DNA from: Eledone cirrhosa
Taxonomy: Eukaryota
NCBI GenBank assembly: GCA_964016885.1
Contig: OZ024751.1
Span: forward strand, 18,662,001-18,726,000
Direction: 5' to 3'
DNA length: 64,000 nt
Part shown: positions 30,496 through 46,342 of the stretch, piece by piece
Position numbering within the stretch: position 1 is the first letter of the stretch
How the letters are laid out: the number at the start of each line of letters is the position of its first letter
Program-made: the position numbers and the translations under genes
The notes under the pieces: model-generated
Told to the model about the DNA's origin: nothing
What the model saw: the letters and a program-made list of their open reading frames with translations, nothing else
Database searches by the model: none

Positions 30496-31146
30496 CCCTT
30501 TTGATAGCAGCCCGCCCAAAATTACCTCCGGCTCAATTTTTCTCTGTCGTGTCCACAAGAGTGTCAGTTACAAAGCTTGGTTAGATGTGGCTCCGCCACA
30601 GCTGAACACATTGCTGTCCTTTTACATTAAACTCTGCCAAGTCCAATGCTATGCAGGGGTGTACCAGCAGGGATTATACCAGGAGGTGCAGCGTAGTCTG
30701 TGGTTCGATGCCGCAGTCATACACAATGTTCCGATCTGGCTCAAATCTTCTGGTAGTGCCCACAAGAGTGCCAGTTACAAAGCTTGGCTGGATGTGGTTC
30801 CGCCACAGGTGAACACATTGCTGTCTTTTTGCATTAAACTCTGCCAAGTTCAATGCTGTGCAGGGAGTTCCAGCAGGGGGCATATCAGGAGGCGCTGCGT
30901 AGTCTGTGGTTCGGTGCCGCAGTCACACACAACGTCCCCATCTGGCTCAATGCAACACAACTATCCATTTTAAAGGGTTATTTTTTAAATGAAAACCTCC
31001 CAACATAATTTTATATGAAAATCATTTGTTACAAATAAAACCTTAATAATGAAATAATTAATAATTTTACTAAATCCTTCTAAATGTTCCATTAATTAAT
31101 CAAAATATATATATTTGTAGCATTAGAAATACGGTCATGAAAGGGG
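30496..31146. mobile_element. piggyBac-like MITE interrupted by a LINE fragment
   Basis: Left end TTAA|cccttttga. Candidate right ends are taaaggg|ttat (30977) or tgaaagggg|taa (about 31146). Confidence 0.45.
30538..30952 (-). mobile_element. Tandemly duplicated (about 207 bp) 3' end of a non-LTR retrotransposon
   Basis: Minus strand VCDCGTEPQTTQRLLICPLL and YDCGIEPQTTLHLLV resemble the CxCG..QT..HLL.CP C-terminal motif of LINE ORF2; ends ggacacgacagagaaaa. Confidence 0.55.
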
Positions 31147-31466
31147 TAACATTTCAGTAAAGACCAATGACCTAGTGATCAGCGTGTTGAACTCTCGGTC
31201 ATAATGACGTGAGTCTGATTACTTGACCAGGTGGTGCATTGCTCTTTTCATTTAGTTTCTTTTTAAAAGAAGGGGTCCTAAACCCGAAATATCATTCATA
31301 TATAAGGTAAAGTACCAGTAATGCCTTGTGCCAAAAGTAGAAACAATTATATATAAGGTAAAGGTTTACATATTTGTTTCGTTTTGGCTTACTTTCCCTC
31401 TCGTTTCCACCCTTCTATTTCTAATTTCCAATGGTCAGGCTTTCCCAAAATAATTCTAATTATTGA

Positions 31467-31526
<60 letters not shown>

Positions 31527-31680
31527 CGAGGGGTCGTTAGAACGTCGAACAACACGGTCACAATCTTTCAATTCCTGAAGCTTCTATGTATGTATATATG
31601 TATGTATAAATGTATGTATGTGGTGGTTCTTTGTATCTTTCTCTTTCTCTTTCCCTTACTCTCTTTCTCTCTCTCTGTAC

Positions 31681-31725
<45 letters not shown>

Positions 31726-31864
31726 CATACAGAGAAAGAGAGATGCATATACATACATTTATTCATCCAACTATACATACATACATAACTACACAAATAC
31801 ATACGTACACACCTCCATATTTCTATATACTCATAAATGTATATATGTGTATACACATGTTTAG

Positions 31865-32151
31865 GACGAGCCGAACAGATGTCAAACAACAGAACTGGTG
31901 GAATGAGGCCACATGTTCACAAGACAGAACAGAAGACGACGAGAGTTCGAACGGTCCTGAACGAAAAGCAACTCCATACACTGCGCACCTGTTACAATGC
32001 CAACCCACGACCGGACGCTCTAATGAAGGAACAACTGGTCGAAATGACTGGCCTTAGTCCCCGGGTTATACGCGTTTGGTTCCAGAACAAGCGATGTAAA
32101 GATAAAAAAAAGAATTTACTAATGAAGCAAATGCAGCAACAACAAGAAAAG
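31865..32151 (+). CDS. isl1: Islet exon encoding the homeodomain
   Basis: [68 protein letters not shown] is the Islet homeodomain. Acceptor tttag|GA is phase-compatible with the previous exon (alternative AG gives start 31871). Donor AAG|gtgaat, phase 0. Confidence 0.96.
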
Positions 32152-32541
32152 GTGAATATCAACTCCGTATCTGTCTTGTTTATTGATCTGTTTGTCTGTT
32201 TATGTGTTTGTTTTTAAATGTTAAACAAAATGCTGACTAAATAAAAAATACCCTCGCACTTTCCTTTTGCATTTTTTTTTTTTTTCACCTTTCATCTTTT
32301 TCTAATTCTCTTCTATCATTTTTATTTCTTCTTTCATCCATCATTCTATATTCCAATGAAGGACTAACATCCGAAACGTTTAGACCACTAATTTTCTTAC
32401 TAAGCGTTAAACTAATATATATATATGTATATCATGATATCGAATGAAACAGTTCTAGTCCTGTAGAAGCCATTTCTATATTCTATATTAAATATGTATA
32501 CTCTGCTATATATTGAGTATCTTACTTATAATAATAATAAT

Positions 32542-32623
<82 letters not shown>

Positions 32624-33002
32624 GTATATATATGTATATATATGTAATCGGGTTCAATCGAGGATAACCACAGTAAGATGTGTGTGTGTGTGTGTGTGTG
32701 TGGCTGTATAATATGTTGTGAATCGATTCGATTTTCTCTTTTGTTGCTTTTGAAACTACTTTGAGCTTGAAGTTTCGCTTGATTTCTAATCACGTGATCT
32801 TAGTATTCCACATAAAATGAAATAACTCAATATACATAATAAAGACTATTATATAAACAAAATATATACATTTTATTATGACATGGCTAGGTTATTTCAG
32901 CAAAGCGTGAATTCACAAAACTTTGACTTTTATTCTTCTTCGTAGTCTATATTAAATTAAGTACCAGTTATGTATTGGTGTCGATAACATACACGTATTA
33001 TT

Positions 33003-33368
33003 TGTGGATTGGCATTATCGGTAGAGGGTCGGACGCCATACTTTGAAGCATAGAGTTGCGTCCATTTACGGTCTGAGGTCAAATCTCGCCGAGGTTAACT
33101 TTACCTTTTATCCTTACGGGGTCGATAAAATAAAGTACCAGTAATACACTGGGGTAATTGCTGGCCTTGTGCCAAAAGCAGAAACAATTATTATCGGTAG
33201 AGCGTCAGGCACCATGCTTTGCAGCATAGAGTTATGGCCCTTTATGGTCTGGGTTCAAATCCCGCCGAGGTTAAGTTTGCCTTTCATCCTTACGGAGTCG
33301 ATAAAATAAAGTACCAGTAATACACTGGGATAATTGCAGGCCTTGTGCCAAAAAGCAGAAACAGTTAT
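33003..33368 (+). mobile_element. Two tandem SINE family C copies
   Basis: Head-to-tail copies at about 33003-33192 and 33192-33368. Confidence 0.85.
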
Positions 33369-33840
33369 TTGTGAAAATGTGTGTTCTTGTGCCTAAAATA
33401 GACATATGTGTTCTGTTTATTTAAATATGTTTGGTGTCTGGTAGAATCGCTAGAGCGCAGGACTAAATGCTTGGTGATATTTGCATATACATTCATTTAT
33501 GTTATGACTTTAAATATCATGTATTCACAGAAGGAATATTTGTGTGCTTCTGTGAATTTGAAATAGGTTATAGGTGTTTACTCTGACACTACACACATAT
33601 ACATAAACATAGACAAATACACACACAAGCAAGTGTATATATATGCACATACACACAGACATATATACATATATATATATACACACATATACTCACATAT
33701 ACACACGCACACACAAATATATCTATATATATGTATATATATTTATTTAGGTTTGTTGGTTCACCACTGGATAGAACTGGTCATTCCATATATATGTATA
33801 TATATAGGTATATATGGATATATATATGTATGTATATATG

Positions 33841-33872
<32 letters not shown>

Positions 33873-34202
33873 TGTATGTATATGTATATATATATAATGT
33901 ATGTATATGTATGTATATGTATATATTATATATGTATGTATATGTAGATATATATATGTATATATATATATATATGTATATATGTATATATATATATGTG
34001 TATATATATATATATATGTGTATATTTATATGTATGTATATGTATATATGTATATGTATATGTATATATAGATGTATATATATGTATATATATATATACG
34101 TATATATATATGTATATATATGTATATATATATATGTATATGTCTATATATGTGTGTATATATATATATACACGTATATATATATATATGTATATATATA
34201 TG

Positions 34203-34273
<71 letters not shown>

Positions 34274-34512
34274 GTATATATATATGTATATATATGTATA
34301 TATATATGTATATATATGTATATATATATGTATATATATGTATATATATATGTATATATATGTATATATATATGTATATATATATGTATATATATATGTA
34401 TATATATATGTATATATATATGTATATATATATGTATATATATATGTATATATATATGTATATATATATATGTATATATATATATGTATATATATATGTA
34501 TATATATATATG

Positions 34513-34591
<79 letters not shown>

Positions 34592-34758
34592 GTATGTATA
34601 TATATATATGTATATATATATATGTATATATATATATACATATACATATATATATGTATATATATATATGTATATCTATATATATGTATATGTATATATG
34701 TCTATATATATGTATATGTATATATGTATATATATATATATATATATATGTATATGTA

Positions 34759-34809
<51 letters not shown>

Positions 34810-35117
34810 ATATATAAGTATATATATATATATGTATATATATATGTATATATATACGTATATATATATGTATATATGTATATATATATGTATATATATA
34901 TGTATATATATACGTATATATATATGTATATATATATGTATATATATATGTATATATATATGTATATATATACGTATATATATATGTATATATATATGTA
35001 TATATATACGTATATATATATGTATATATGTATGTATATATATACGTATATATATATATATATGTATAAGCCACAAGTTCTACCTATCTGCTGACAGGCA
35101 CCCACGAAGTCACGCAA

Positions 35118-35173
<56 letters not shown>

Positions 35174-35920
35174 CAGAGAGAGATAGAGAGATTGAGAGAG
35201 AATGAATGATATATATATATATATATATACACACACACGTGTGCCTGCATTATCCACGCCACACAGTTCTCTCACACTCACACACTTCTCTCCCCATACT
35301 TTCCTCACACTCACACTCACCTCACCTCGCCTCGCCTCATCTCATCGCCTCATCTCATCTCATCTCATCTGACGTCGAAGTGTAGATACCCTCTCGATCT
35401 ACAACATAACATATCTTGGCAATCTGAGAGAGCGGAGAACGACCAGTTCTGCTCTGCCGAACACAATTCGATCAGTTGTCGGGGAGCCCCTTGTGGCGAT
35501 AGTATAGTCAAACTCGTCACACATCACATAATTGTCACCATGTGTGGGCCTTAGGGAGCTGGGCATAAAAGAAAGTTGCTATGGTTCAAAGTCCAGTGGT
35601 GTGTGGTGTAGGATGGAGAAAGCTCGTATAGAATCCGTACAGGGGTTTACTCGATGTTTTAACGTTATAAGCCGCCATTTTGTATAAACATATACACATA
35701 CACACACACGTGTCTTCCTCTGTCTGTGTGTATCCAAGTGCATATATGTATTTATATAGAATAACATATATAAATGATGATATATAATTTGTTTCTATAT
35801 GGAAAGACATATTTATTGATATGTTTTTGTGTGCTACGCACTCAGATGCACACACATACTTACATATGTAGATATGTATATATACACACACAAACACGCA
35901 TATATATATATATATGTATG

Positions 35921-35951
<31 letters not shown>

Positions 35952-36111
35952 TATATATATATATATGTATGTGGTATGTGTATGTATGTATGTATGTGTA
36001 TGTATATATATATATATGTTTGTATGTATATATATGTATGTGTATGTATGTATATATATGTATGTGTATGTATATATATGTATGTATGTGTATGTATGAT
36101 TATACATGTAT

Positions 36112-36150
<39 letters not shown>

Positions 36151-36512
36151 TTTAACCCATGCACCAATAAGCAGACACGCATATATAAACACACAATCTC
36201 AAATTATATGTGAATGAACATGTATATATGATTATACAACCCAGCACACAGACACACACATATACATAACCCATGTATACAAATAAATATGTATATATGT
36301 GATATATATATATATATATATATATACTAGTGTGTGTGTGTCTGCGTAAATGTATTTGATAGTCCAATACTTACTCAGAAATATAAAGATGTTTTAGTTT
36401 GTTATCCATAGATGTATACTTTATATGTATGTATATATAAGCATACATGCATATACACATACATACATATACACATACATACACTCGCGTGTGAGTGTGT
36501 ATGCACACTCGT

Positions 36513-36898
36513 ATCATCATCATCACCGTTTTACGTCCGTTCTTCCACGCTAGCATGGGTTAGACGGGTTGTCCTGTTGTGGGCAGTGTCCCGTCGGCTG
36601 ACCTTGTCTTGCTCATACGGGAACTGATTCTGGCTTGATTTCTACAGCTGGATGCCCTACCTAACACCAACCTCATTTACAATGAGTGATTGGTGCTTTA
36701 TTGCCGTGGCACCTCCACGTCCACTTTTTAGTGGAATGATAAGGACTCCAGTCCCGTTCATCTCATTTCTACAGCTGAGTAAACTGGAGCAATGTGAAAT
36801 AGTGTCTTTCTCAAGGAAACAACACATCACCCCGTCCGAGAATTGAACTCACAACCTTTCGATTGCAAGGCCAATGCTCTAACCACTAAACCATGCGC
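36513..36898 (-). mobile_element. SINE family A, alternative 3' tail
   Basis: Family A head and core with a longer tail (ccgttttacgtccgttcttccacgctagcatggg) shared with 59498-59770. Confidence 0.8.
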
Positions 36899-36980
36899 CG
36901 TCACACTTTGTTTGTATATATGTATATTTGTGTGTTTGTGAGTATATATGTGTTTACGCTTGGTCTACCTGTCTACCAGA

Positions 36981-37149
36981 ACAGTTTCTACTTTTGGCAC
37001 AAGGCCAGCATTTATTCCAGTACATTACTGGTACTTTATTTTATCCGCCCCTTAAGGATGAAAGGCAAAGTTAACCTCGGTGGGATTTGAACTCAGACCA
37101 TAAGGGACCGTAATTCTTTGTTGCAAACCATGGCATCTGACGCTCTACC
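36981..37149 (-). mobile_element. SINE family C
   Basis: Reverse copy. Confidence 0.8.
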
Positions 37150-38808
37150 AGTAGTTGTAGTATGTTATTCGACAAAGTCTTGAATGCATTTTTTATATGC
37201 TTATGACTCCATTTACAATATATTTATGTACAATATACAACATACATTTTATCCACCTATGAGATATACACCATTATTCTAAATCTAAAAGTATATAGAG
37301 GTTTCTCCTCTCTTAAATCTGCGCTCAAGTCGATTTTTCCAGAAATATATATCAGGGTAACATATTTCAATGTCGCACCCTATTGTCTTCTTTGCCCGTT
37401 ATACAACAACAACACACCACCACCACAACAACAACACACCACCACCACCACAACAACAAAACAACAGAACAACCACCACAACAACATCACCATCACAACA
37501 AAAGCGACACCATTATATCAACAACAGCAACACCACCACTGATACCACAACTCCACATCACCACAACCACCACTATCACCACTACAACACCACTATCACC
37601 ACTACACCACCACTATCGCCACTACACCACCACTATCACCACTACAACACCACTATCACCACTACACACCACTACACACCACTATCGCCACTACGCCACC
37701 ACTATCGCCACTACACCACCACTATCCCCACTACGCCACCACTATCGCCACTACGCCACCACTATCACCACTACACCACCACTATCACCACTACACACTA
37801 CTATCGCCACTACGCCACCACTATCACCACCACCACCACAACAACACCACGCTATCACATCAACAACAGCAACATCACCACACTAACACCAACACCGCCA
37901 CCACAACTACACTACATCACCACAACCACCACTTCACCACAATAACAACGATCACCCCCCATAACCACAACAACAACACCACAACCACACCACACCAGTA
38001 ACAATACTACACCACCACCACCACTACCACCACTACAACAACAACCACCACCACAACAACAACAACAACACACCATCACATCAACAACAGCAACAATACC
38101 AGACCAACAACACCACACCACCACCACCACAACAATAATAATAACAACAGTGGGCCACATCAATAAACAGCCACCACACCACCATCACCACCACAGCAAC
38201 AACATCACACCACCACCACCACAGCAACAACACCACACCAACAATACTACACCTCCACCAAGACTACTACCACCACCACCACAACACCACCACCACCACA
38301 CCGCCACAGCAGCAATACCACTCCAACAACAACACCACCACTACTACCACCACCACCACCACCACAACAACAACAACAACAGTGGACCACTTCAATAAGC
38401 AGCCCCACGCCACCACCACCACCCCACCAACAATACCACACCACCACAACAACAACACCACCATAACAACCACACCAACAACACCACCACAACTACCACC
38501 ACAACAACCACAACAACAACAACAGTGGACCACTTCAATAAGCAACCACCACCCCACCACCACCACCACAACAGCAACAACAACACCACACCACCACCAC
38601 CACAGCAACAATACCACACCAACAACACCACAACAACTACCACCACCGCCACAACAACAACAACAACAGTGGACCACTTCAATAAGCAGCCACCACAATT
38701 TAATTAGTTGATGGTGTTGTTTTTAGAGTTTATCTCTCTTGACTCAGTGTTGACATCTTGCCAATAACATCAACATGGTAGACGTCATCTTCTCCTTTCT
38801 GTCTCTTA

Positions 38809-38876
<68 letters not shown>

Positions 38877-39498
38877 CTCCCCCTCTCTCTATCTATCTAT
38901 CTATCTCTATCTATCTATCTATCTCTCCCCTCTCTCTATATCTCTTACTCGCTCTCTCTCTTTCTCTCTTTTTCTCTCTCTCTCTCTCTACCCCTCTCTC
39001 TCTATCTACCTATCCCCCCCTATTTATCTATATATCTATCTCTCCCCCTCTCTCTCTATCTCTTACTCTCTCTGTATATTTCTCTATCTTTCTCTCTCTC
39101 ACCATCTCTCTCTCTCTTTCTCTCTCTCACCATCTCTCTCACCATCTCTCTCTTTCTCTCTCTCACCATCTCTCTCACCATCTCTCTCTCACCATCTCTC
39201 TCACCATCTCTCTCTTTCTCTCTCTCACCATCTCTCTCTCACCATCTCTCTCACCATCTCTCTCTTTCTCTCTCTCACCATCTCTCTCACCATCTCTCTC
39301 TCACCATCTCTCTCACCATCTCTCTCTTTCTCTCTCTCACCATCTCTCTCACCATCTCTCTCTCACCATCTCTCTCACCATCTCTCTCTTTCTCTCTCTC
39401 ACCATCTCTCCAGCCAATCACCTCCTTTCTTCCTTCACCATCCCTTCTCACTTGCCTCTATGCTCTCTCTGTCTCTTTATGCCTTTCTCTCACACACA

Positions 39499-39534
<36 letters not shown>

Positions 39535-39708
39535 TTCTCCCTTTCTCACCTTCTCTCTCTCCGTCTCTCTTCTCTTCCCCTCTCTCTATATCTTTCTCTC
39601 TCTCTTTCTAATCATCCCCTTTCTTCCTTCACCATCTCTCTTTCTATCTCCTCTCTTTCTCTCTCTCTGTCTCTCTCTCACCTTCTCTCTCTCCGTCTCT
39701 CTTCTCTT

Positions 39709-39751
<43 letters not shown>

Positions 39752-41499
39752 CTCTCCTCCCCTGTCACTCTTTCTCTATCCATCTTTCTCCTCCTCCTCC
39801 TCCTCTCTCTCCTACCCTCTCGGGACGTTAGAGATGTCATCATCATCATTGTCATTGTCATTCTCGTCGTCGTCATCTCTTTGTCATCTCTTTGTCCTCT
39901 TCATCGTCAACGTTAACATCGCCATCGTCGTCATCACTATTGACATCATTGTCATCACAATCACTATTGTTATTTCGCTAGCTTTGCCCACCTTCATCAT
40001 GATGATAACAACGATGTTGATGGTGATGGTGATGGTGATGGTGATGGTGGTGATGATAATGATGGTGATGGTGATGATGGTGATGGTGGTGATGGTGATG
40101 GTGATTGTGATGGTGATTTTGATCATGATGGTGATGATGATGGTGGTGGTGGTGGTGGTGATGATATGATGCTGCTGGTGTTGTTAGTGGTGGTCCTGAT
40201 GGTGGTGGTGGTGGTGGTAGTGGTGTTGGTGATGATGATGATGATGGTGGTGGTGATGATAATGATGGTGGTGATGGTGATGATGCTGACGACGTTGATG
40301 AGGAATGATAATTATGATGATGATGATGACGATGACAATATACCTCCTCCCCCTCCATCCACCCCAGCCTACACACGATCGTCATCAGTATGATCAACAT
40401 AACCTTCACCATCAATCACAATCCAGAACAGCATCATAGGCAGCAACTGCAGCACCACCATACCACTACCACCACTACTACCACTACCACTAATAACACC
40501 ACTACCACTACCACTACCACTACCACTAATACCACCACTACCACTACAACCATGCCACCACTACCAATACCACCATACCACCACTACCACTACCACCATA
40601 CCACTACCAATACCACCATACCACTATACCACCAATACTACCAATACCACCATACCACCATACCACTATACCACCACTACCAATACCACCATACCACCAC
40701 CACTACCAATACCTCTATACCACCAATACCACCATACCACCACTACCAATACCGTCATACCATCACCATACCACCACTACAAATACCGGCATACCACCAC
40801 CACTACCAATACCACGACCATACCACCGCCATACCAACACTACCAATACCACTACCAATACCACCGCCATACCACCGCCATACCTTCACTACCAATACCA
40901 CCATACCACCGCTTCTATCTCTACTCCACCTTCTCTCGTGCTATTCCTACTAATCCTACCTCTGCTACCCTACACCGCCATACCACCGCCACCACAACCC
41001 CACTACCACAGCAGCAGCAACAACAACAACAACTGTAACAACTGCTACAACAATATCAATAATGACTACAATAACCAATACTACAACAATAATAGCTACC
41101 ACCATCAATACTACAACAACAACAGTAACAACTACAACCACCACCACCACCACCACCACCAGCAATGCTACTACAACAACAACAATAACAACTGCCACCT
41201 TCACCGCCACCACCACCTCCAGCAATGTTACAACAACAACAGTAACAACTACAACCACCACCACCACCACCTCCAGCAATGTTACAACAACAACAGTAAC
41301 AACTACAACCACCACCTTCACCACCACCACTAACAACAATGCTACTACCACCACAATAACAACCAATACTACCACCACCGCCACCACCACCACCACCAGC
41401 AATGTTACTACAACAACAACAACAACATCAGCTCTCCCAACATAAAATAAAAAAGAAGAAAGGTAACTCCATTAGCTTAATGAAAAATGTTGCTAGCAC

Positions 41500-41890
41500 C
41501 ATCGTCTTCAGCGTCACCGCCAGCATCACCACCACTACACCACCACCACCACCTCCACTACCCCCACCACCTCCACCACCACCACCTCCACCATCGTCTT
41601 CAGCGTCACCGCCAGAATCATCACCACCACCACCACCATCGTCTTCAACGTCCCCGCCAGCATCAACACCACCACCACACCACCTCCACCATCGTCTTCA
41701 GCGTCACCGCCAGCATCATCATCACCACCATCACCACACCACCTCCACCATCGTCTTCAGCGTCACCGCCAGCATCATCATCACCACCACCACCACACCA
41801 CCTCCACCATCGTCTTCAGCGTCACCGCCAGCATCATCATCACCACCACCACCACACCACCTCCACCATCGTCTTCAGCGTCATCATCAC
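41500..41890. repeat. About 57-bp minisatellite
   Basis: ccatcgtcttcagcgtcaccgccagcatcatc repeated about 7 times. Confidence 0.85.
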
Positions 41891-42614
41891 CACCACCACC
41901 ACCACCACCACCATCTCCACTACACCCCACTAACAACACCCTTACCACTGCAGCCAGTCCCTCTTATTTTAACCACCAACGCCATCACCATTACTTACCT
42001 ACAACTAAGACTACAGCTATCCACCCAAACTACTCACTACTACACTGTGTCGCCATTACTAAATCCACCGCCAACACTAACACCACCATCACCACCACCA
42101 CCAACACTAATACCACCACCACCACCACCACCAACACTAACACCACCACCACCACCAACACTAACACCACCACCACCACCAACACTAACACCACCACCAC
42201 CACCAACGCTATCTCTATTCACTCCGCTCGACCACCACCATTATCACTGTCCTCCAAACACCACCATCACAACCACTATCTTCACATCACCACCACCACC
42301 ACCACCACACCACAACTATCTTCACACCACCACCACCACCACCACCGCCACACCACAACTATCCTCACACCAGCACCACCATCACACCACTATCTTCACC
42401 TCAACCTTCTTCACAAACATATTCACTATACACCCTCCTCCACTACAACTGCCACCACCACCACCACTATCTTCCTAAAACCAATACCATTACTATCAAC
42501 ATCTTCACTATAGGGCCCCACCCCCACCCATTCCCGCCACAATACCCCCACCCCCACGCCACTATCGCCACACCCACCACTTTACTTTCTACCACTATCC
42601 TCCACCACTACCGC

Positions 42615-45110
42615 CACTATAACAATTCTCCCCAGTCTAACAACACCACCAACTCCACCACCACTACCTCCACCAACACTATAACAATTCTCCCCAGTCT
42701 AACAACACCACCAACTCCACCACCACTACCACCACCAACACTATAACAATTCTCCCCAGTCTAACAACACCACCAACTCCACCACTACCTCCACCAACAC
42801 TATAACAATTCTCCCCAGTCTAACAACACCACCAACTCCACCACCACCAACACTATAACAATTCTCCCCAGTCTAACAACACCACCAACTCCACCACTAC
42901 CACCACCAACACTATAACAATTCTCCCCAGTCTAACAACACCACCAACTCCACCACCACCACCACCAACACTATAACAATTCTCCCCAGTCTAACAACAC
43001 CACCAACTCCACCACACCACTACCTCCACCATCACTATAACAATTCTCCCCAGTCTAACATCACCACCAACTCCACCACTACCGCCACCAACACTACAAC
43101 AATTCTCCCCAGTCTAACAACACCACCAACTCCACCACTACCTCCACCAACACTATAACAATTCTCCCCAGTCTAACAACACCACCAACTCCACCACACC
43201 ACTACCTCCACCATCACTATAACAATTCTCCCCAGTCTAACAACACCACCAACTCCACCACTACCGCCACCAACACTACAACAATTCTCCCCAGTCTAAC
43301 AACACCACCAACTCCACCACTACCTCCACCAACACTATAACAATTCTCCCCAGTCTAACAACACCACCAACTCCACCACCACCACCACCATCACTATAAC
43401 AATTCTCTCCAGTCTAACAACACCACCAACTCCACCACCACCACCACCACCAACACTATAACAATTCTCCCCAGTCTAACAACACCACCAACTCCACCAC
43501 CACCACCAACACTACAACAATTCTCCCCAGTCTAACAACACCACCAACTCCACCACCACCACCACCACCACCAACACTACAACAATTCTCCCCAGTCTAA
43601 CAACACCACCAACTCCACCACCACCACCACCAACACTATAACAATTCTCCCCAGTCTAACAACTCCACCACCACCACCACTATAACAATTCTCCCCAGTC
43701 TAACAACACCACCAACTCCACCACTACCTCCACCAACACTATAACAATTCTCCCCAGTCTAACAACACCACCAACTCCACCACCTCCACCACCACCAACA
43801 CTATAACAATTCTCCCCAGTCTAACAACACCACCAACTCCACCACTACCTCCACCAACACTATAACAATTCTCCCCAGTCTAACAACACCACCAACTCCA
43901 CCACACCACTACCTCCACCATCACTACAACAATTCTCCCCAGTCTAACAACACCACCAACTCCACCACACCACTACCTCCACCAACACTATAACAATTCT
44001 CCCCAGTCTAACAATACCACCACCAACTCCACCACTACCTCCACCATCAGTACAACAATTCTCCCCAGTCTAACAACACCACCAACTCCACCACTACCTC
44101 CACCAACACTATAACAATTCTCCCCAGTCTAACAACACCACCAACTCCACCACTACCTCCACCAACACTATAACAATTCTCCCCAGTCTAACAACACCAC
44201 CAACTCCACCACCACCTCCACCATCACTATAACAATTCTCCCCAGTCTAACAACACCACCAACTCCACCACTACCTCCACTATCACTATAACAATTCTCC
44301 CCAGTCTAACAACAACACCAACTCCACCACCACTACCTCCACCAACACTATAACAATTCTCCCCAGTCTAACAACAACACCAACTCCACCACCACTACCT
44401 CCACCAACACTATAACAATTCTCCCCAGTCTAACAACACCACCAACTCCACCACTACCTCCACCATCACTATAACAATTCTCCCCAGTCTAACAACACCA
44501 CCAACTCCACCACTACCGCCACCATCACTATAACAATTCTCCCCAGTATTACAACACCACCAACTCCACCACCACCACCACTATAACAATTCTCCCCAGT
44601 CTAACAACACCACCAACTCCACCACTACCTCCACCAACACTATAACAATTCTCCCCAGTCTAACAACACCACCAACTCCACCACTACCTCCACCATCACT
44701 ATAACAATTCTCCCCAGTCTAACAACACCACCAACTCCACCACTACCTCCACTATCACTATAACAATTCTCCCCAGTCTAACAACAACACCAACTCCACC
44801 ACCACTACCTCCACCAACACTATAACAATTCTCCCCAGTCTAACAACAACACCAACTCCACCACCACTACCTCCACCAACACTATAACAATTCTCCCCAG
44901 TCTAACAACACCACCAACTCCACCACTACCTCCACCATCACTATAACAATTCTCCCCAGTCTAACAACACCACCAACTCCACCACTACCGCCACCATCAC
45001 TATAACAATTCTCCCCAGTATTACAACACCACCAACTCCACCACCACTATAACAATTCTCCCCAGTCTAACAACACCACCAACTCCACCACTACCGCCAC
45101 CATCACTATA
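42615..45110. repeat. About 50-bp compound minisatellite, roughly 45-50 copies
   Basis: Constant actataacaattctccccagtctaacaacaccaccaactccacca plus a variable (CCA)n-type linker. Confidence 0.95.
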
Positions 45111-45321
45111 CTTTCTACTACATACTCTCTGACATCACAGGTTCAACTCCCAGTGGAAAGAAACCACACAGTCCTTTCCATAGCCTGGCAATATCACAAG
45201 CTAAATAACACCATAGTTGTCACTTCATGTTACAGCGCTGACTACGCCCAAACCACCCTTATTCTCTACTCTATAAATCTTCTTGTATATTGGAAATAAA
45301 ATTCCTCTGCATCATCATCAC

Positions 45322-45354
<33 letters not shown>

Positions 45355-45492
45355 TATTATCATCATCATCATCATCATCATTATCATTATCATTATCATT
45401 ATCATCATCATCATCCTCATCAGCATCATTAAGAATTTCATTTTCAACATTAGCATTATCATCACCACCATATATACATATGTGCATGTGTT

Positions 45493-45536
<44 letters not shown>

Positions 45537-45581
45537 AAATGCCTCCTGACTAAGCTATTTATCTCTCTCTCTCTCTCTCTT

Positions 45582-45614
<33 letters not shown>

Positions 45615-45621
45615 TTCTCTC

Positions 45622-45750
<129 letters not shown>

Positions 45751-46052
45751 GGAGAGAGAGAGAGAGAGAGAGAGAGATGCCTTCGTCAGGAGGCATGCCA
45801 ACGCCCTAGACTCTATTGAGAGCCTCAGAGTCTGGTGGAAGGAATTAAGGAAGTTATTCACACACATGTATCATGATCCATATGTTTGAAACAGAATACA
45901 GTAGATCCTCCTAAAGGTACATCGGGACAAGAAGATAGCAGTTTTAAACCTTGGACAGGGGAAATAATTGGGTTAATTAAATGGAATATTGAACAATCTA
46001 TACTTAGGTATAAAATGTTAGTGTCAACGTTTCCTCATGTTTGTGGTTCAAA

Positions 46053-46342
46053 ATAATTGTATCTACTTTTGGCACAAGGCCAGCAATTATCCCAGTGTAT
46101 TACTGGTCCTTTACTTTATCGACCCCGTAAGGATGAAAGGCAAAGTTAACCTCGACGGGATTTGAACTCAGAATGGCAAGGGCCGTAACTCTTTGCTGCA
46201 AAGCATGCGGTCAGACCCTCTACCGATACTGCCATCCACCGCTCAAAATAATTGTTTCTACTTTAGACACAAGGCCAGCAATTACCCAGTGCATTACTGG
46301 TACTTTATTTTATCGACCCCGTAAGGATGAAAGGCAAAGTCA
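46053..46342 (-). mobile_element. SINE family C, one full and one partial tandem copy
   Basis: 46053-46240 and 46247-46342. Confidence 0.85.

Noticed and set aside
33731-35234. Long ORFs ([12 protein letters not shown], poly-V/T/P/H) here and across the window
   Set aside because: Translations of stop-free microsatellites with no domain content.
42615-45110. Constant repeat with variable spacers resembling a CRISPR array
   Set aside because: Spacers are only slippage variants of (CCA)n, not unique sequences; eukaryotic intron, no cas genes.
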